This document shows positions 1 through 9,360 of a stretch of 64,000 nt of DNA, in pieces (position 1 is the stretch's first letter; each line of letters opens with the position of its first letter). The notes under the pieces were generated by a model that worked only from the letters and a program-made list of their open reading frames with translations, was not told where the DNA came from and did no database searches. The position numbers and the translations under genes were made by a program. Source of the stretch: Dehalococcoidia bacterium (GTDB lineage: Bacteria > Chloroflexota > Dehalococcoidia > SHYB01); the NCBI GenBank assembly GCA_965261455.1, contig OZ253453.1:1366374-1430373 (forward strand), in the 5' to 3' direction.

Positions 1-80
1 CGGACATCAACCACGCCTTCGGCCAAGCCGATTGGGCTACGGGGAAGTCCGACGTTATCCGAGCCTACCTCGCCCCTTAG
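1..80 (+). CDS. possible 3' end of an upstream gene (frame 3, ...DINHAFGQADWATGKSDVIRAYLAP, TAG at 78-80); function unknown
   Basis: Open frame from window edge to a TAG stop; protein-like composition but too short to classify. Confidence 0.25.
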   Translation, partial: DINHAFGQADWATGKSDVIRAYLAP

Positions 81-254
81 CTGAGGACTTCCCGCCAAAC
101 GCCGCTCGGACGCCCAACAGGTAAGCTGCCATCTGGTTCCGATTGCCCTCGGCTAGCCCGCCCCTCCATCCCTTGCCGAAGGCGGGTAGGCCCATACGGC
201 GGCGCTCAGGCCAGGCGGTCGGTCAAGGGATCGTGATTCTCGGGAGATAGCAAG

Positions 255-2699
255 ATGCACGGCCTCCGTGTGCTCGATCTCAGTCGCGGCATTGCCGGCG
301 AGTTTTGCGCCCGGCTGCTCTGCGGCTATGGCGCTGAGGTCATCAAGGTCGAGCATCCCCAGCACCCCAGCGCCACGCGCGGCATTCCGCCCTTTCTCCG
401 GGACGAGCCTGGGCTGGACCGGAGTGCGCTCTTTTGGCACCTCAACGGCGGCAAGCAGGGAATTACCCTGGACCTGAGTTCCGCCGCCGGTAGGCATGCG
501 GCGATGGGGCTTGCCGCCATTGCCGACGTGGTTATAGAAGACCTGACGCCTGGCGCCCTCGACGACATGGGCCTGGGCTATGCGTCCCTGCGCCGAGCCA
601 GACCGGACGTCATTCTCACTTCGGTCACGCCCTTTGGGCAAAGCGGGCCCATGCGGGGGCACGAGGCCACGGAGCTGGGGTTGCTGGCCGCCGGAGGGGA
701 GCTCTACATCACTGGCGCCCCGGACCGGGAACCCATCAAGCCGGGGGCGCACCTTGCCTCCCACGCCGGCGGCCTCCAGGCCGTCGTAGCCACTTCCGCC
801 GCCCTGTGCCTTCGTCAGGTGACCGGTATGGGCCGGCATATCGACGTCTCAGTCCAGGAGGCCGTCGGAATGTTCCTCAGCGGGGGGCCTGCCTGGGTCC
901 ACCACTTCGGCCAGACCCAGACTCGCGTCGCAGCTCGTGTGGCCCAAGCGATGGTGCGCCATGCCTACTCCGGCAACATTCTGCAGTGCAGCGACGGTTA
1001 CCTCTGGTTCGGCACGGGGCACAACCAGGACATGATTGGACTACTTGTCGGCAGGGATGACTTGGCATCCCCCGAGCTTTGGCGTCAGCCAGGCCTGCAT
1101 GCCGACGAGATCGATGCCGCCATCGAAGCCTGGACAATCTCGCGGACACGACAAGAAGTCACCGCGCTGGCGCAGGAGCTCAACATCGCCGTCGCCCCGG
1201 TGCTCACCCTCCAAGAGGTCTTGGAGAATCCCCAACACGCCGCCCGAGAATTCTTCCAATCGGCGAGGCATCCCGCTTTCGGCGACTTACTGGCCCTTGG
1301 CGCTCCGGTCCGATGCAAGGAACTAGCCTGGCGCGTGGGACCGGCCCCAGCCCTCGGCGAGCACAATGCCCAGGTCTTCCAGCAAGTCTTGGGCGGTTCC
1401 CCAGCGAACGCCAATCCATCGTCCCAGGGGAAGGGCGACGCCCCACCCACGGCTCCGCTCAAGTCCATCCAGCCACTGGAGCGGCTGCGCGTCCTGGACC
1501 TCACCAACAACGTGGCTGGGCCTTTCGGGACGCTGGCACTCGCCAGCTTGGGCGCCGAGGTCATCAAGGTCGAGCGACCGTGGATCTCGGAGCTGCGCGA
1601 GGGGCGGCGAATAACGCCTCCCGCTAAGCCGGGCGCCCCGGACGAATCCTACAATCGCGTCTTGTGGTTCAACGAGGTCAACAGGGGCAAGCGAAGCGTC
1701 CCCATAGATATATCGTCAGACGAGGGGAGGCGACTCCTTCTCGATCTGGCGTCCGTGAGCGACGTTATCGTGAGCAACTTTTCGACCCGCGTCATGAACA
1801 ACCTCGCCCTCGACTACGAGACCCTCGTTAAGGTAAGGCCGGACATCATCTACGCCACGGTGTCGGGATACGGCTCTACCGGTCCGGCAGCGTCCTGGAG
1901 CGCCGCCGGACCGGCCATCGACGCAGCCTCCGGCATTGCCTGGCTGACCGGCTATCCGGACGGCCCACCTCTGCGTCCGGGAAACTTCGTCCCCGACCCC
2001 ATCGCCGGTCTGTATCTCGCTTGGGCCGTGCTGATGGCCGTCTACCGCCGCCGCGAGTCGGGCAAGGGTGAACGCATCGACCTCTCCATGCTCGAGGGCA
2101 TGGAGCACATCGTCGGCGGAGAGCTAGTAGCGGCCGCGGCCGGAGCCGCCGTTCCCGCCAAGACCGGCAACGACATCGAAGGCATGGCGCCCCACGGCTG
2201 CTTTCCCTGCGCGGGCGACGACGCCTGGATCGTCATAGCCGTCGAGAACGACCGACAGTGGCTGTCGCTCTGCGACGTCATGGGCAGGCCCTCCTGGGGC
2301 CGGGACGAGCGGTGGCGTCACGCCCAAGCCCGGTGGGAACAGCGGGAGAGCCTCCATTGGCTCCTAGCAGACTGGACCGCGTCGCAGGACCGTTTCGATC
2401 TGGCGAACCGCCTCCAGGCGGCCGCCGTTCCCGCCGTGGCCGTGCTGAACTCCGCGGACCTGCTTCAGTCGCCGCACCTGTGGGAGCGGGGATATTTCGA
2501 GTTCGACCAGCATCCCCACGTACCCCCTAGTCCATTCGCCGGGTTCGGCTGGGGGCCCTTCACGTCGGAGCCACAACAGCCCGCCCCCCTCTTCAGCCAG
2601 CATCTTGACGACGTAGTTGAGCTATTGGGTATTTCGGCCCAGCAGGTTGAGCAGCTGCTGGCAGGCAGTGTGATCGTCAGAGGGCCCCGGCATGAATAA
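255..2699 (+). CDS. tandem-fused family III CoA-transferase (two complete CaiB/BaiF-type domains in one 814-aa chain)
   Basis: Both halves begin with the family-III signature (LRVLDLSRGIAGEFCARLLCGYGAEVIKVEHP; LRVLDLTNNVAGPFGTLALASLGAEVIKVERP). A Pro/Ser/Ala linker joins them near aa 390-410. RBS-like gggaga upstream. Confidence 0.85.
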   Translation: MHGLRVLDLSRGIAGEFCARLLCGYGAEVIKVEHPQHPSATRGIPPFLRDEPGLDRSALFWHLNGGKQGITLDLSSAAGRHAAMGLAAIADVVIEDLTPGALDDMGLGYASLRRARPDVILTSVTPFGQSGPMRGHEATELGLLAAGGELYITGAPDREPIKPGAHLASHAGGLQAVVATSAALCLRQVTGMGRHIDVSVQEAVGMFLSGGPAWVHHFGQTQTRVAARVAQAMVRHAYSGNILQCSDGYLWFGTGHNQDMIGLLVGRDDLASPELWRQPGLHADEIDAAIEAWTISRTRQEVTALAQELNIAVAPVLTLQEVLENPQHAAREFFQSARHPAFGDLLALGAPVRCKELAWRVGPAPALGEHNAQVFQQVLGGSPANANPSSQGKGDAPPTAPLKSIQPLERLRVLDLTNNVAGPFGTLALASLGAEVIKVERPWISELREGRRITPPAKPGAPDESYNRVLWFNEVNRGKRSVPIDISSDEGRRLLLDLASVSDVIVSNFSTRVMNNLALDYETLVKVRPDIIYATVSGYGSTGPAASWSAAGPAIDAASGIAWLTGYPDGPPLRPGNFVPDPIAGLYLAWAVLMAVYRRRESGKGERIDLSMLEGMEHIVGGELVAAAAGAAVPAKTGNDIEGMAPHGCFPCAGDDAWIVIAVENDRQWLSLCDVMGRPSWGRDERWRHAQARWEQRESLHWLLADWTASQDRFDLANRLQAAAVPAVAVLNSADLLQSPHLWERGYFEFDQHPHVPPSPFAGFGWGPFTSEPQQPAPLFSQHLDDVVELLGISAQQVEQLLAGSVIVRGPRHE

Positions 2700-2866
2700 G
2701 GCGCCATCTCACAATCGCATGACCTCGGGACTTTCGCCTTCATAGTCCCTCGCCACACCCCCGATTATCGGATCTCGCACCTTGACAGGCTCGGCGCACC
2801 CGACATATAAGGCGGATGGTCAGGCTCGGCGGGACGAAGACGCGGCGGCAAGTGAAAGGTGGAAAA

Positions 2867-3676
2867 CGAGTGCCTATCGAATACGAGAAAAAAGACAAGA
2901 TCGCCTATATCACGATCAACGGCCGCAACGAGGTCAATCCGTTCTCGCCCGAGATGTACCAAGAGCTGTACCACGTCTTCAAAGACTTCCGCGACGACCG
3001 GAAGCTGAGCGTCGCCATCATCACCGGCGAGGGAAGCAAGGCGTTCTCGGTGGGCGGCGACCTCAAACGGATGGTGAAGTCGGCGGACGAATTGGACCAC
3101 CTGGAGATCTTCGAGCGGATCTGGTACCCGCACACCGAGCCCTTGGGCTATCCATCCGCCCTTCACGACGTCTTCAGCCTGCAAATGTGGAAGCCTATCG
3201 TTGCGGCGGTCAACGGCTATTGTCTGGCGGCGGGGCTGGAGATCCTTCTGCTCATGACGGATATTCGCGTCGTTTCGGACGACGCCAAGTTCGGCTTCGC
3301 CGAGGTTTTGCGAGGGCTGGCTGGGGGAGCGAACACTGGAGTTACGATGCAGATTCCCCACTGCATCGCCATGGAGCTGTTGCTGACCGGGGAGATGATG
3401 GACGCCCAGGATGCCTGGCGGTCGGGCCTGGTGAACAAAGTCGTTCCCAAGGACCAAGTGTTGCCCGTGGCCGAGGAGTACGCTCGGAAGCTGAGCAAGA
3501 TCCCTCCCCAAGTCCTGCGCGTGCAGAAGGAGATGGCCGCCGTCACCGGCGATGTGCCGCGAAGCATGGTCCTCCAATACGCGAGGATCCTTGGGGCCAT
3601 GCAGCGCGTGGTCCCGGACGCCTACGAGGGCCAGATCTCCTTCCTCGAGCGGCGCGACCCCGATTACAAGGGCTAA
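2867..3676 (+). CDS. enoyl-CoA hydratase/isomerase (crotonase) family protein
   Basis: KIAYITINGRNEVNPFSPEMYQEL...AIITGEGSKAFSVGGDLK crotonase fold motifs. GTG at 2867 with aggtgg 8 nt upstream. Alternative ATG at 2816. Confidence 0.8.
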   Translation, partial: RVPIEYEKKDKIAYITINGRNEVNPFSPEMYQELYHVFKDFRDDRKLSVAIITGEGSKAFSVGGDLKRMVKSADELDHLEIFERIWYPHTEPLGYPSALHDVFSLQMWKPIVAAVNGYCLAAGLEILLLMTDIRVVSDDAKFGFAEVLRGLAGGANTGVTMQIPHCIAMELLLTGEMMDAQDAWRSGLVNKVVPKDQVLPVAEEYARKLSKIPPQVLRVQKEMAAVTGDVPRSMVLQYARILGAMQRVVPDAYEGQISFLERRDPDYKG

Positions 3677-3920
3677 CAGCCGCTAGCGTAGGAGGGTAGG
3701 CGTTCCCCCTGGCTCTCCCTCATGCCAAGGCCGTCGGCGTTGCCACTGTCGGCGTCTTCGCATCTCCCGGCGAAGCGCCCGGCTCGACGACGCTCCGGCC
3801 TGCACGAGCCCGAATCACGTATACTCCTCGGAAATCGAGCCTAGTCGCCGGGGATACGGCTGACTCATTCCTCCCTCGACCGTGCTCGCAGGCGCCTAGG
3901 CGCTGCAGGGACCTTACTTC

Positions 3921-4877
3921 GTGAAGGCCTATATCGTCCGCCGCCTGTTCCTCACGATTCCCACGCTTTTCCTCGTCTCCGTCTTTATCTTCATCATCTT
4001 GCGACTTCTGCCGGGTGACGTCGCCCTCATCATCCTGACCGGCGGCGGGACCACGCAAATCGACCCCCAGCAGTATGCCGAGCTCCGCCAGCAGTTGGGG
4101 CTCAACGACCCCTGGCACGTGCAGTATTTCGACTGGGTATGGGGCATGCTGCGGCTGGAGGGCGGCGACTCCTTGTGGACCGGCAATCCCGTCTTTGAAG
4201 ACATCTCACGAGCTCTGCCGGCGACGCTTCAGTTGACCATCATGGCGTTGCTCATCTCCCTTGTTATCGCGATTCCCCTTGGCGTCCTGAGCGCCATGTA
4301 CCGCAATAGCCTCTTGGACTACGCCATGAGGATCGTCGCGATCTCGGGGCTGGCCATGCCAGACTTTCTGGTGGGGGCGATGCTCATCTTCATCATGGTC
4401 GTCTTCTTTAACTGGATACCGCCCCTCGACTACGCCGGCTTCTTCGAGAACCCCGCCAGCAATCTGCAGCAGATGATCTGGCCGGCCTTGATTCTGGGAT
4501 ACATCCAAGCGGCGTTCCTGGCCCGGATGATCCGGTCGACGACGCTTGAGGTGCTGGGCCAGGACTACATCCGCACCGCCTGGTCCAAGGGGCTGGGCTC
4601 CCGGCACATCTACATTCGGCACGCCCTGCGCAACGCGCTCCTTCCCGTGGTCACGGTGGCCGGCATTCAAACGACTCAACTCCTTGGCGGGGCCGTCATC
4701 GTCGAGAACATCTTCGCCATACCCGGGCTTGGCTTTAAGCTCCTGGAGGCCATCGTCAACCGGGACTGGGTCACCCTCCAGACCGTGGTGACCCTCTTTG
4801 CCCTTGCCATCCTGCTCATCAATCTGTTCATCGATCTTCTCTACGGTTGGCTCGACCCTCGGATTCGGTACGGGTAA
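3921..4877 (+). CDS. ABC transporter permease, DppB/OppB-like
   Basis: N-terminus MKAYIVRRLFLTIPTLFLVSVFIFIILRLLPGDVA and the EAA-region layout are typical of peptide/opine-family ABC permeases. Confidence 0.85.
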   Translation: MKAYIVRRLFLTIPTLFLVSVFIFIILRLLPGDVALIILTGGGTTQIDPQQYAELRQQLGLNDPWHVQYFDWVWGMLRLEGGDSLWTGNPVFEDISRALPATLQLTIMALLISLVIAIPLGVLSAMYRNSLLDYAMRIVAISGLAMPDFLVGAMLIFIMVVFFNWIPPLDYAGFFENPASNLQQMIWPALILGYIQAAFLARMIRSTTLEVLGQDYIRTAWSKGLGSRHIYIRHALRNALLPVVTVAGIQTTQLLGGAVIVENIFAIPGLGFKLLEAIVNRDWVTLQTVVTLFALAILLINLFIDLLYGWLDPRIRYG

Positions 4878-4895
4878 CAGGGAGGCTGCGCGCCG

Positions 4896-5804
4896 TTGCG
4901 GAACGACCAAGCAATCGGGATCACGGCGAGTCTCTCGGGGAGTGCGTACGCCGCGTTGCACCGCTGGGGGGCGAGAGCCGTCCGCTTCGCTAGGGATAAC
5001 CCTGTGGCGGCGATCGCCGCGTTGATTCTGTTCGTCCTGGGATTCCTGGCCGCCTTTGGGCCGCTCATCTCCCCATTTGACCCCCTGGAATTCCACTCCA
5101 AAGAAAGGTTCGCCAGCCCCTCGGGGACCTACCTCATGGGCACGGATGAGTTCGGCCGCGATCAACTCAGCCGGCTGATCGCAGGGACCCGCTCCATCTT
5201 CACCATCGTCGTGGTCTCCGTGGCTATCGGAGTCACCGCCGGAGCCCTGATCGGCCTCATCAGCGGCTATCGCGGCGGATGGCTGGACAGCATTCTGCAG
5301 CGGTTCATGGACAGCATGATGGCCATCCCGCTTCTGGTCCTGACCCTCGCTATCCTGGCGATGCTGGGGCGCAACGACATCAACGTCATCGGGGCCATCG
5401 CCGCGGTCAACGTGCCCATTGCCAACCGGGTGATCCGCTCGGCGACCTTATCCGCCAAAGAAGAGCTCTACGTCACCGCCGCTAAGGCCCTCGGGGCTTC
5501 CGACTGGCGCATCAGTCTGCGGCACATCGGCCCGAACGTGTTGGCCCCATACTTGGTTGTCGTCACCACCCAGTTGAGCTGGGCGATCATCGTTGCGTCC
5601 GCATTGTCGTTCCTGGGAGTCGCCTCGCCCCCGCCCGAGCCTTCCTGGGGAAGAATGATGTCCGAAGGCGCTCGCGAATTCGCCGAACGGGCGCCATGGC
5701 TCGCCGTCTTTCCCGCGGTCTTCGTATTCTTGACCGTGCTAAGCTTCAACCTTGTGGGCGACGTCCTGCGCGACTCCCTGGACCCCAGACTGCGCGGACG
5801 CTGA
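4896..5804 (+). CDS. ABC transporter permease, DppC/OppC-like
   Basis: LMGTDEFGRDQLSRLIAGTRSIF motif and TM layout typical of DppC-type permeases. Immediately downstream of the DppB-like gene. Confidence 0.85.
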   Translation: MRNDQAIGITASLSGSAYAALHRWGARAVRFARDNPVAAIAALILFVLGFLAAFGPLISPFDPLEFHSKERFASPSGTYLMGTDEFGRDQLSRLIAGTRSIFTIVVVSVAIGVTAGALIGLISGYRGGWLDSILQRFMDSMMAIPLLVLTLAILAMLGRNDINVIGAIAAVNVPIANRVIRSATLSAKEELYVTAAKALGASDWRISLRHIGPNVLAPYLVVVTTQLSWAIIVASALSFLGVASPPPEPSWGRMMSEGAREFAERAPWLAVFPAVFVFLTVLSFNLVGDVLRDSLDPRLRGR

Positions 5805-5823
5805 CGGTCCGCCGAGTACGACG

Positions 5824-6138
5824 ATGGCGAAGCAGTATCCGCTTGCCAAGGTATCGGAGTTGCAGCCGGGCGAGATGAAGCTCGTCGTGGCCAACAGGGA
5901 GCGGCTGCTCCTGGCGAACGTCGACGGCGTGTTCCACGTCATCAGCGACACCTGCACCCACAAGAGGACCTCGCTGTCGCAAGGCATGCTCGAGGGCGCT
6001 CTGGTGGAATGCCCCTTGCACTTCGCTCGCTTCGACGTCCGGACCGGTGCGTTCATCGATGGCCCCTACACGACCAACGTGGCCCGCTACGAGGCCACGG
6101 TCAGGGGAGACACGGTGTACGTCGAAATGGATAGCTAG
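5824..6138 (+). CDS. Rieske [2Fe-2S] ferredoxin-domain protein
   Basis: CTHKRTSL...CPLHFARFDVRTG, the CXH...CXXH Rieske cluster-ligand pattern. ATG 5824 in frame with track ORF 5752. Confidence 0.7.
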   Translation: MAKQYPLAKVSELQPGEMKLVVANRERLLLANVDGVFHVISDTCTHKRTSLSQGMLEGALVECPLHFARFDVRTGAFIDGPYTTNVARYEATVRGDTVYVEMDS

Positions 6139-6265
6139 AGACGACCGCTCGTCACGATAACGCAACAGAAGGGAATTCTTGACATCACCTGAGCGCAATG
6201 CTATACCGTGCCTACTTGCCCGGGCATTCAAGCAGGGGTGGCGGGCGTGACGGAGGGGGTGCCCC

Positions 6266-7429
6266 ATGGGCGACTACAAGGTCATTTCGGCGGACACACA
6301 TATCGTCGAGCCACCCGACCTGTACACCTCGAGGTTCGAGCCGGGGTTGAGAGACCGGGCCCCGCGGATAGAGCGCCGGACGACGAAGGCCGGGCAGGAC
6401 TACGACGTGTGGATCGTGGACGGCCAAGAGGCCGGCATGTTGGGCACCTTCGTCAAGGCCGGTCAGCGGTTCGATGACCCAGAGAAGATCGACTTTCTGG
6501 GCTTCTGGGATGACGTGCGCAAGGCGGCCTACGACCCTCACGAGATGCTCAAAGAGTTGGAGATGGACGGGGTCTGGGCGGCATGCCCGCAACCCAGCCA
6601 GGGCCTCTTCTGGTACCGGTTGGACGACCACGAGATTATCACCGCGACCTGCCGCGCCTACAACGACTGGATAGCCGAGTTCTGCCAGCCCTACCCCGAT
6701 CGGCTCAAAGGCATCGGTGTTCTCAACGTCGACGACGTCGACGAGGCCTGCGCCGAGATGGAGCACTGCGCCGAGATGGGGCTGGTAGGCGTCTTCATCC
6801 CGTCGTCGCCCCTCTGGGAGAGGCCCTACCGCGACCCCATATACGAGAAACTGTGGTGGACCGCCCAGGACGTGGACCTACCCCTGCTGCTGCACATCGG
6901 CAGCAATCGTGGCGGCATCCCGGGCTGCGAGCTCACCATCGACACTGCCGACCTCACGGCGGCCGGCTTCGCCACCATCGACTACTGGGTCAGATACTCC
7001 ATGACCTGCATGATCTTCGCCGGTGTGTTCGACCGCTACCCGAAGTTGAAAGTGGGCTCCGTCGAGCACGAGACGGCGTGGATCCCCCACTGGCTCAAAC
7101 AGATGGACTTTATCTACATGGAACGGCCGGCGCAAAGCCGAAAGCTGGGATGGCGCTCCAAGCAAGGGTTCCTCCCCAGCGACTATTGGCGCGAGAACTT
7201 CTTTGTGGAGTTCATGGAAGACGACGCCGGCATCCAGATGCGTCACCTCATCGGGGTGGACAACATGCTCTGGGGGAACGACTTCCCCCACGCGGAGTCC
7301 ACCTGGCCCCAGTCGATGCAGTTCCTGGACAGGATCTTCCAGGGCGTCCCCGACGAGGAACGCCGCAAGATAACCTCGGAGACGGCAGCCAAGATCTTCA
7401 AATTCACACTGCCATTAGGGTTGGCCTGA
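6266..7429 (+). CDS. Amidohydro_2 (ACMSD/LigW-like metal-dependent hydrolase/decarboxylase) family protein
   Basis: ISADTHIVEPPDLY N-terminal metal-ligand motif, about 385 aa, paralogous to four other ORFs in the window. RBS gacggaggggg. Confidence 0.8.
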   Translation: MGDYKVISADTHIVEPPDLYTSRFEPGLRDRAPRIERRTTKAGQDYDVWIVDGQEAGMLGTFVKAGQRFDDPEKIDFLGFWDDVRKAAYDPHEMLKELEMDGVWAACPQPSQGLFWYRLDDHEIITATCRAYNDWIAEFCQPYPDRLKGIGVLNVDDVDEACAEMEHCAEMGLVGVFIPSSPLWERPYRDPIYEKLWWTAQDVDLPLLLHIGSNRGGIPGCELTIDTADLTAAGFATIDYWVRYSMTCMIFAGVFDRYPKLKVGSVEHETAWIPHWLKQMDFIYMERPAQSRKLGWRSKQGFLPSDYWRENFFVEFMEDDAGIQMRHLIGVDNMLWGNDFPHAESTWPQSMQFLDRIFQGVPDEERRKITSETAAKIFKFTLPLGLA

Positions 7430-7461
7430 GCCGCCACCACGATCAAACGGAGGAAGCCGTA

Positions 7462-9234
7462 ATGAACCAGCGGTCTCGATTCCGGAAGCTGCATTTCATG
7501 ATTGGCGCGACGGCCCTGCTTGCGCTCATCGTGGCCGCCTGCGCGGGACCGGCAGGACCGGCAGGACCGGCGGGCCCCGAAGGACCGGCGGGCCAAGCGG
7601 GAGCGGCGGGCCCCGAAGGCCCACAAGGCCCACAAGGGCCGACCGGGGGCGATGCTCCGGCTCCCCCATCGGCGCCGACTGCGACAGCGGTCCCACCCAC
7701 CGCTACGCCCCTGCCCGCTCCGCCGCCGCCCGGGGACGAACCGAAGTACGGTGGAACACTGATTGCCGCCTCGTCGGGCGACCCCCCGAACCTCGACGTG
7801 GCCCGCGCCACCTCCGTTCAGCTCCTGCACATGTGGGGCCAGGCCTACAGCCAGTTGGTCCGCTACAACTTCGAGGAGCCCCTCGAAGAGATCGTCCCCG
7901 ACCTTGCAACGGGGTGGGAGATAAGCGCCGACTCGAAGGTCTACACATTCAAGCTGCGGCAGGGCGTCAAATGGCACGACGGACAAGACTTCACCGCTGA
8001 AGACGCCAGGTTTGCTGTCCAAGTGCTGAAGGACGAAAACCCTCGCCTCATACCGGAGCTGGAGTCGGTCACCGCTATTGAGGCGGTTGGCGACGACACT
8101 CTGCGGATCAGCCTAAGCGCCCCCAGAGCGTCCCTCGTGGCGGTCCTCGGGATCATCCAGGCCCCGACCATAGCCAAGCACGTTTGGGAGGCCGCAGCCG
8201 GCGACCTGTCGGACGGGCCGACGGTGGGTACCGGGCCCTTCCTAGCAGGCGAGTATGTCCGGGGTGAGTCCGTCGACTTCACTCGATTCGACAGCTACTA
8301 CTTGGAAGGCAAGCCCTACCTGGACGCCATCAGATACCTGATGATCGGCGACGAGTCGACCCGTATCGCGGCCTTCCGGACCGGCAGGGTGGACCTTCTG
8401 GGGCCCGGCGTCACCGACATCAACAAGGTCCAGCTTGCGCAGCTCCAAGGCGACGTGCCCGATCTCAGCCCCAACCCCTACGACCGGCTCTCTTCGAAGA
8501 TCGTCATCATCAACACCGACCGTGAGCCGTTCACTGACGTGCGCGTGAGGCGCGCCATCTTCCTCGCCATCGACCGGTTTGAGGCTCTGGAAGTCCTCGA
8601 CGACGTGACCAGGCCCGCGGGTCCCGCATTCGCGCCGGGGTGGGAGCTGCCCGAAGAGGAGCTGCTTTCCATGCCGGGCTACCGCCAGGGCGCTGAAAAA
8701 CAGAAAGACCTGGACGAGGCGAAGAGGCTGCTCACTGAGGCCGGTTTCCCCGACGGGTTCGATACCGAAGCCGTCACCGTAGGACCCGTGGCACGGCTGG
8801 TGAAGCTGCAAGTCTTCGTCGTAGACCAGCTCGCCAAGGTCGGCATCCGCGTGAAGTCGTCGCCGCTTCCCTTCCCTGAACTCGTCCCCAGAGCGGTCTC
8901 CAACGACTTCGACCTGTTCCCGGTGGAGTCCTCCGTTCTCTACATCGACCCCGACGCCAACTCCTACAACATCTCGGTCCAACCCTTCTCCAACGTCCTG
9001 GTCGACGAACGAACCAACGAGCTCTATGCCCAGCAGCGGGCCGAACAAGACCCCACGAAGCGGCGCGAGTTGGTCTACGAGATGCAACGCCGCATGCTCG
9101 AGACGCTAGGGCAGATTCCCATCGCGTGGGGACAGGGCTTCTGGCCCTCTCAGCCGAGAATCAAGGGGTTCTTCCCACCCCTGGGCGTCTGGCTCCACGC
9201 ACCGCGCTTGGACCACGTATGGATAGACGAGTAA
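7462..9234 (+). CDS. ABC transporter substrate-binding lipoprotein (family 5, DppA/OppA-like) with collagen-like GXY linker
   Basis: Signal peptide plus lipobox LIVAAC. GPAGPAGPAGPEGPAGQAGAAGPEGPQGPQGPTGG repeats, then Ala/Pro/Thr linker, then SBP_bac_5-like body (KYGGTL...). ATG 7462 with aacggaggaag RBS. The track's upstream extension to 6583 overlaps the preceding gene. Confidence 0.85.
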   Translation: MNQRSRFRKLHFMIGATALLALIVAACAGPAGPAGPAGPEGPAGQAGAAGPEGPQGPQGPTGGDAPAPPSAPTATAVPPTATPLPAPPPPGDEPKYGGTLIAASSGDPPNLDVARATSVQLLHMWGQAYSQLVRYNFEEPLEEIVPDLATGWEISADSKVYTFKLRQGVKWHDGQDFTAEDARFAVQVLKDENPRLIPELESVTAIEAVGDDTLRISLSAPRASLVAVLGIIQAPTIAKHVWEAAAGDLSDGPTVGTGPFLAGEYVRGESVDFTRFDSYYLEGKPYLDAIRYLMIGDESTRIAAFRTGRVDLLGPGVTDINKVQLAQLQGDVPDLSPNPYDRLSSKIVIINTDREPFTDVRVRRAIFLAIDRFEALEVLDDVTRPAGPAFAPGWELPEEELLSMPGYRQGAEKQKDLDEAKRLLTEAGFPDGFDTEAVTVGPVARLVKLQVFVVDQLAKVGIRVKSSPLPFPELVPRAVSNDFDLFPVESSVLYIDPDANSYNISVQPFSNVLVDERTNELYAQQRAEQDPTKRRELVYEMQRRMLETLGQIPIAWGQGFWPSQPRIKGFFPPLGVWLHAPRLDHVWIDE

Positions 9235-9252
9235 CGCTCCTGACCTAGCAAC

Positions 9253-9292
9253 CGAATCGCCCCTGTTGCGGCAGGGGCGATTCGCTTTAGGC
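9253..9292 (+). terminator. hairpin terminator candidate after SBP gene (GAATCGCCCCTG-ttgcgg-CAGGGGCGATTC)
   Basis: 12-bp perfect inverted repeat directly after the stop at 9234, followed by a short T-containing tract. Confidence 0.5.
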
Positions 9293-9360
9293 GCCTTTCG
9301 GGACGAGGAAAGAGTACCCTCACCACGGCGATGGGTTGGAGGAGGCGGTAGGAAGGAAGT

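Noticed and set aside
153-839. 228-aa minus-strand ORF antisense to the CoA-transferase
   Set aside because: It lies fully inside a well-supported plus-strand gene. The high GC content keeps antisense frames open. It has no motif support. The same reasoning applies to the many other antisense or overlapping ORFs in the track (e.g. 15344-16762, 20414-23821, 20442-21662, 26725-28098, 52311-53351, 53692-54867).
6583-7461. Upstream 290-aa extension of the SBP ORF (track 6583-9234)
   Set aside because: It overlaps the amidohydrolase gene in another frame. Signal peptide, RBS and ATG at 7462 define the real start. The same holds for 10800-11126 before the second SBP.
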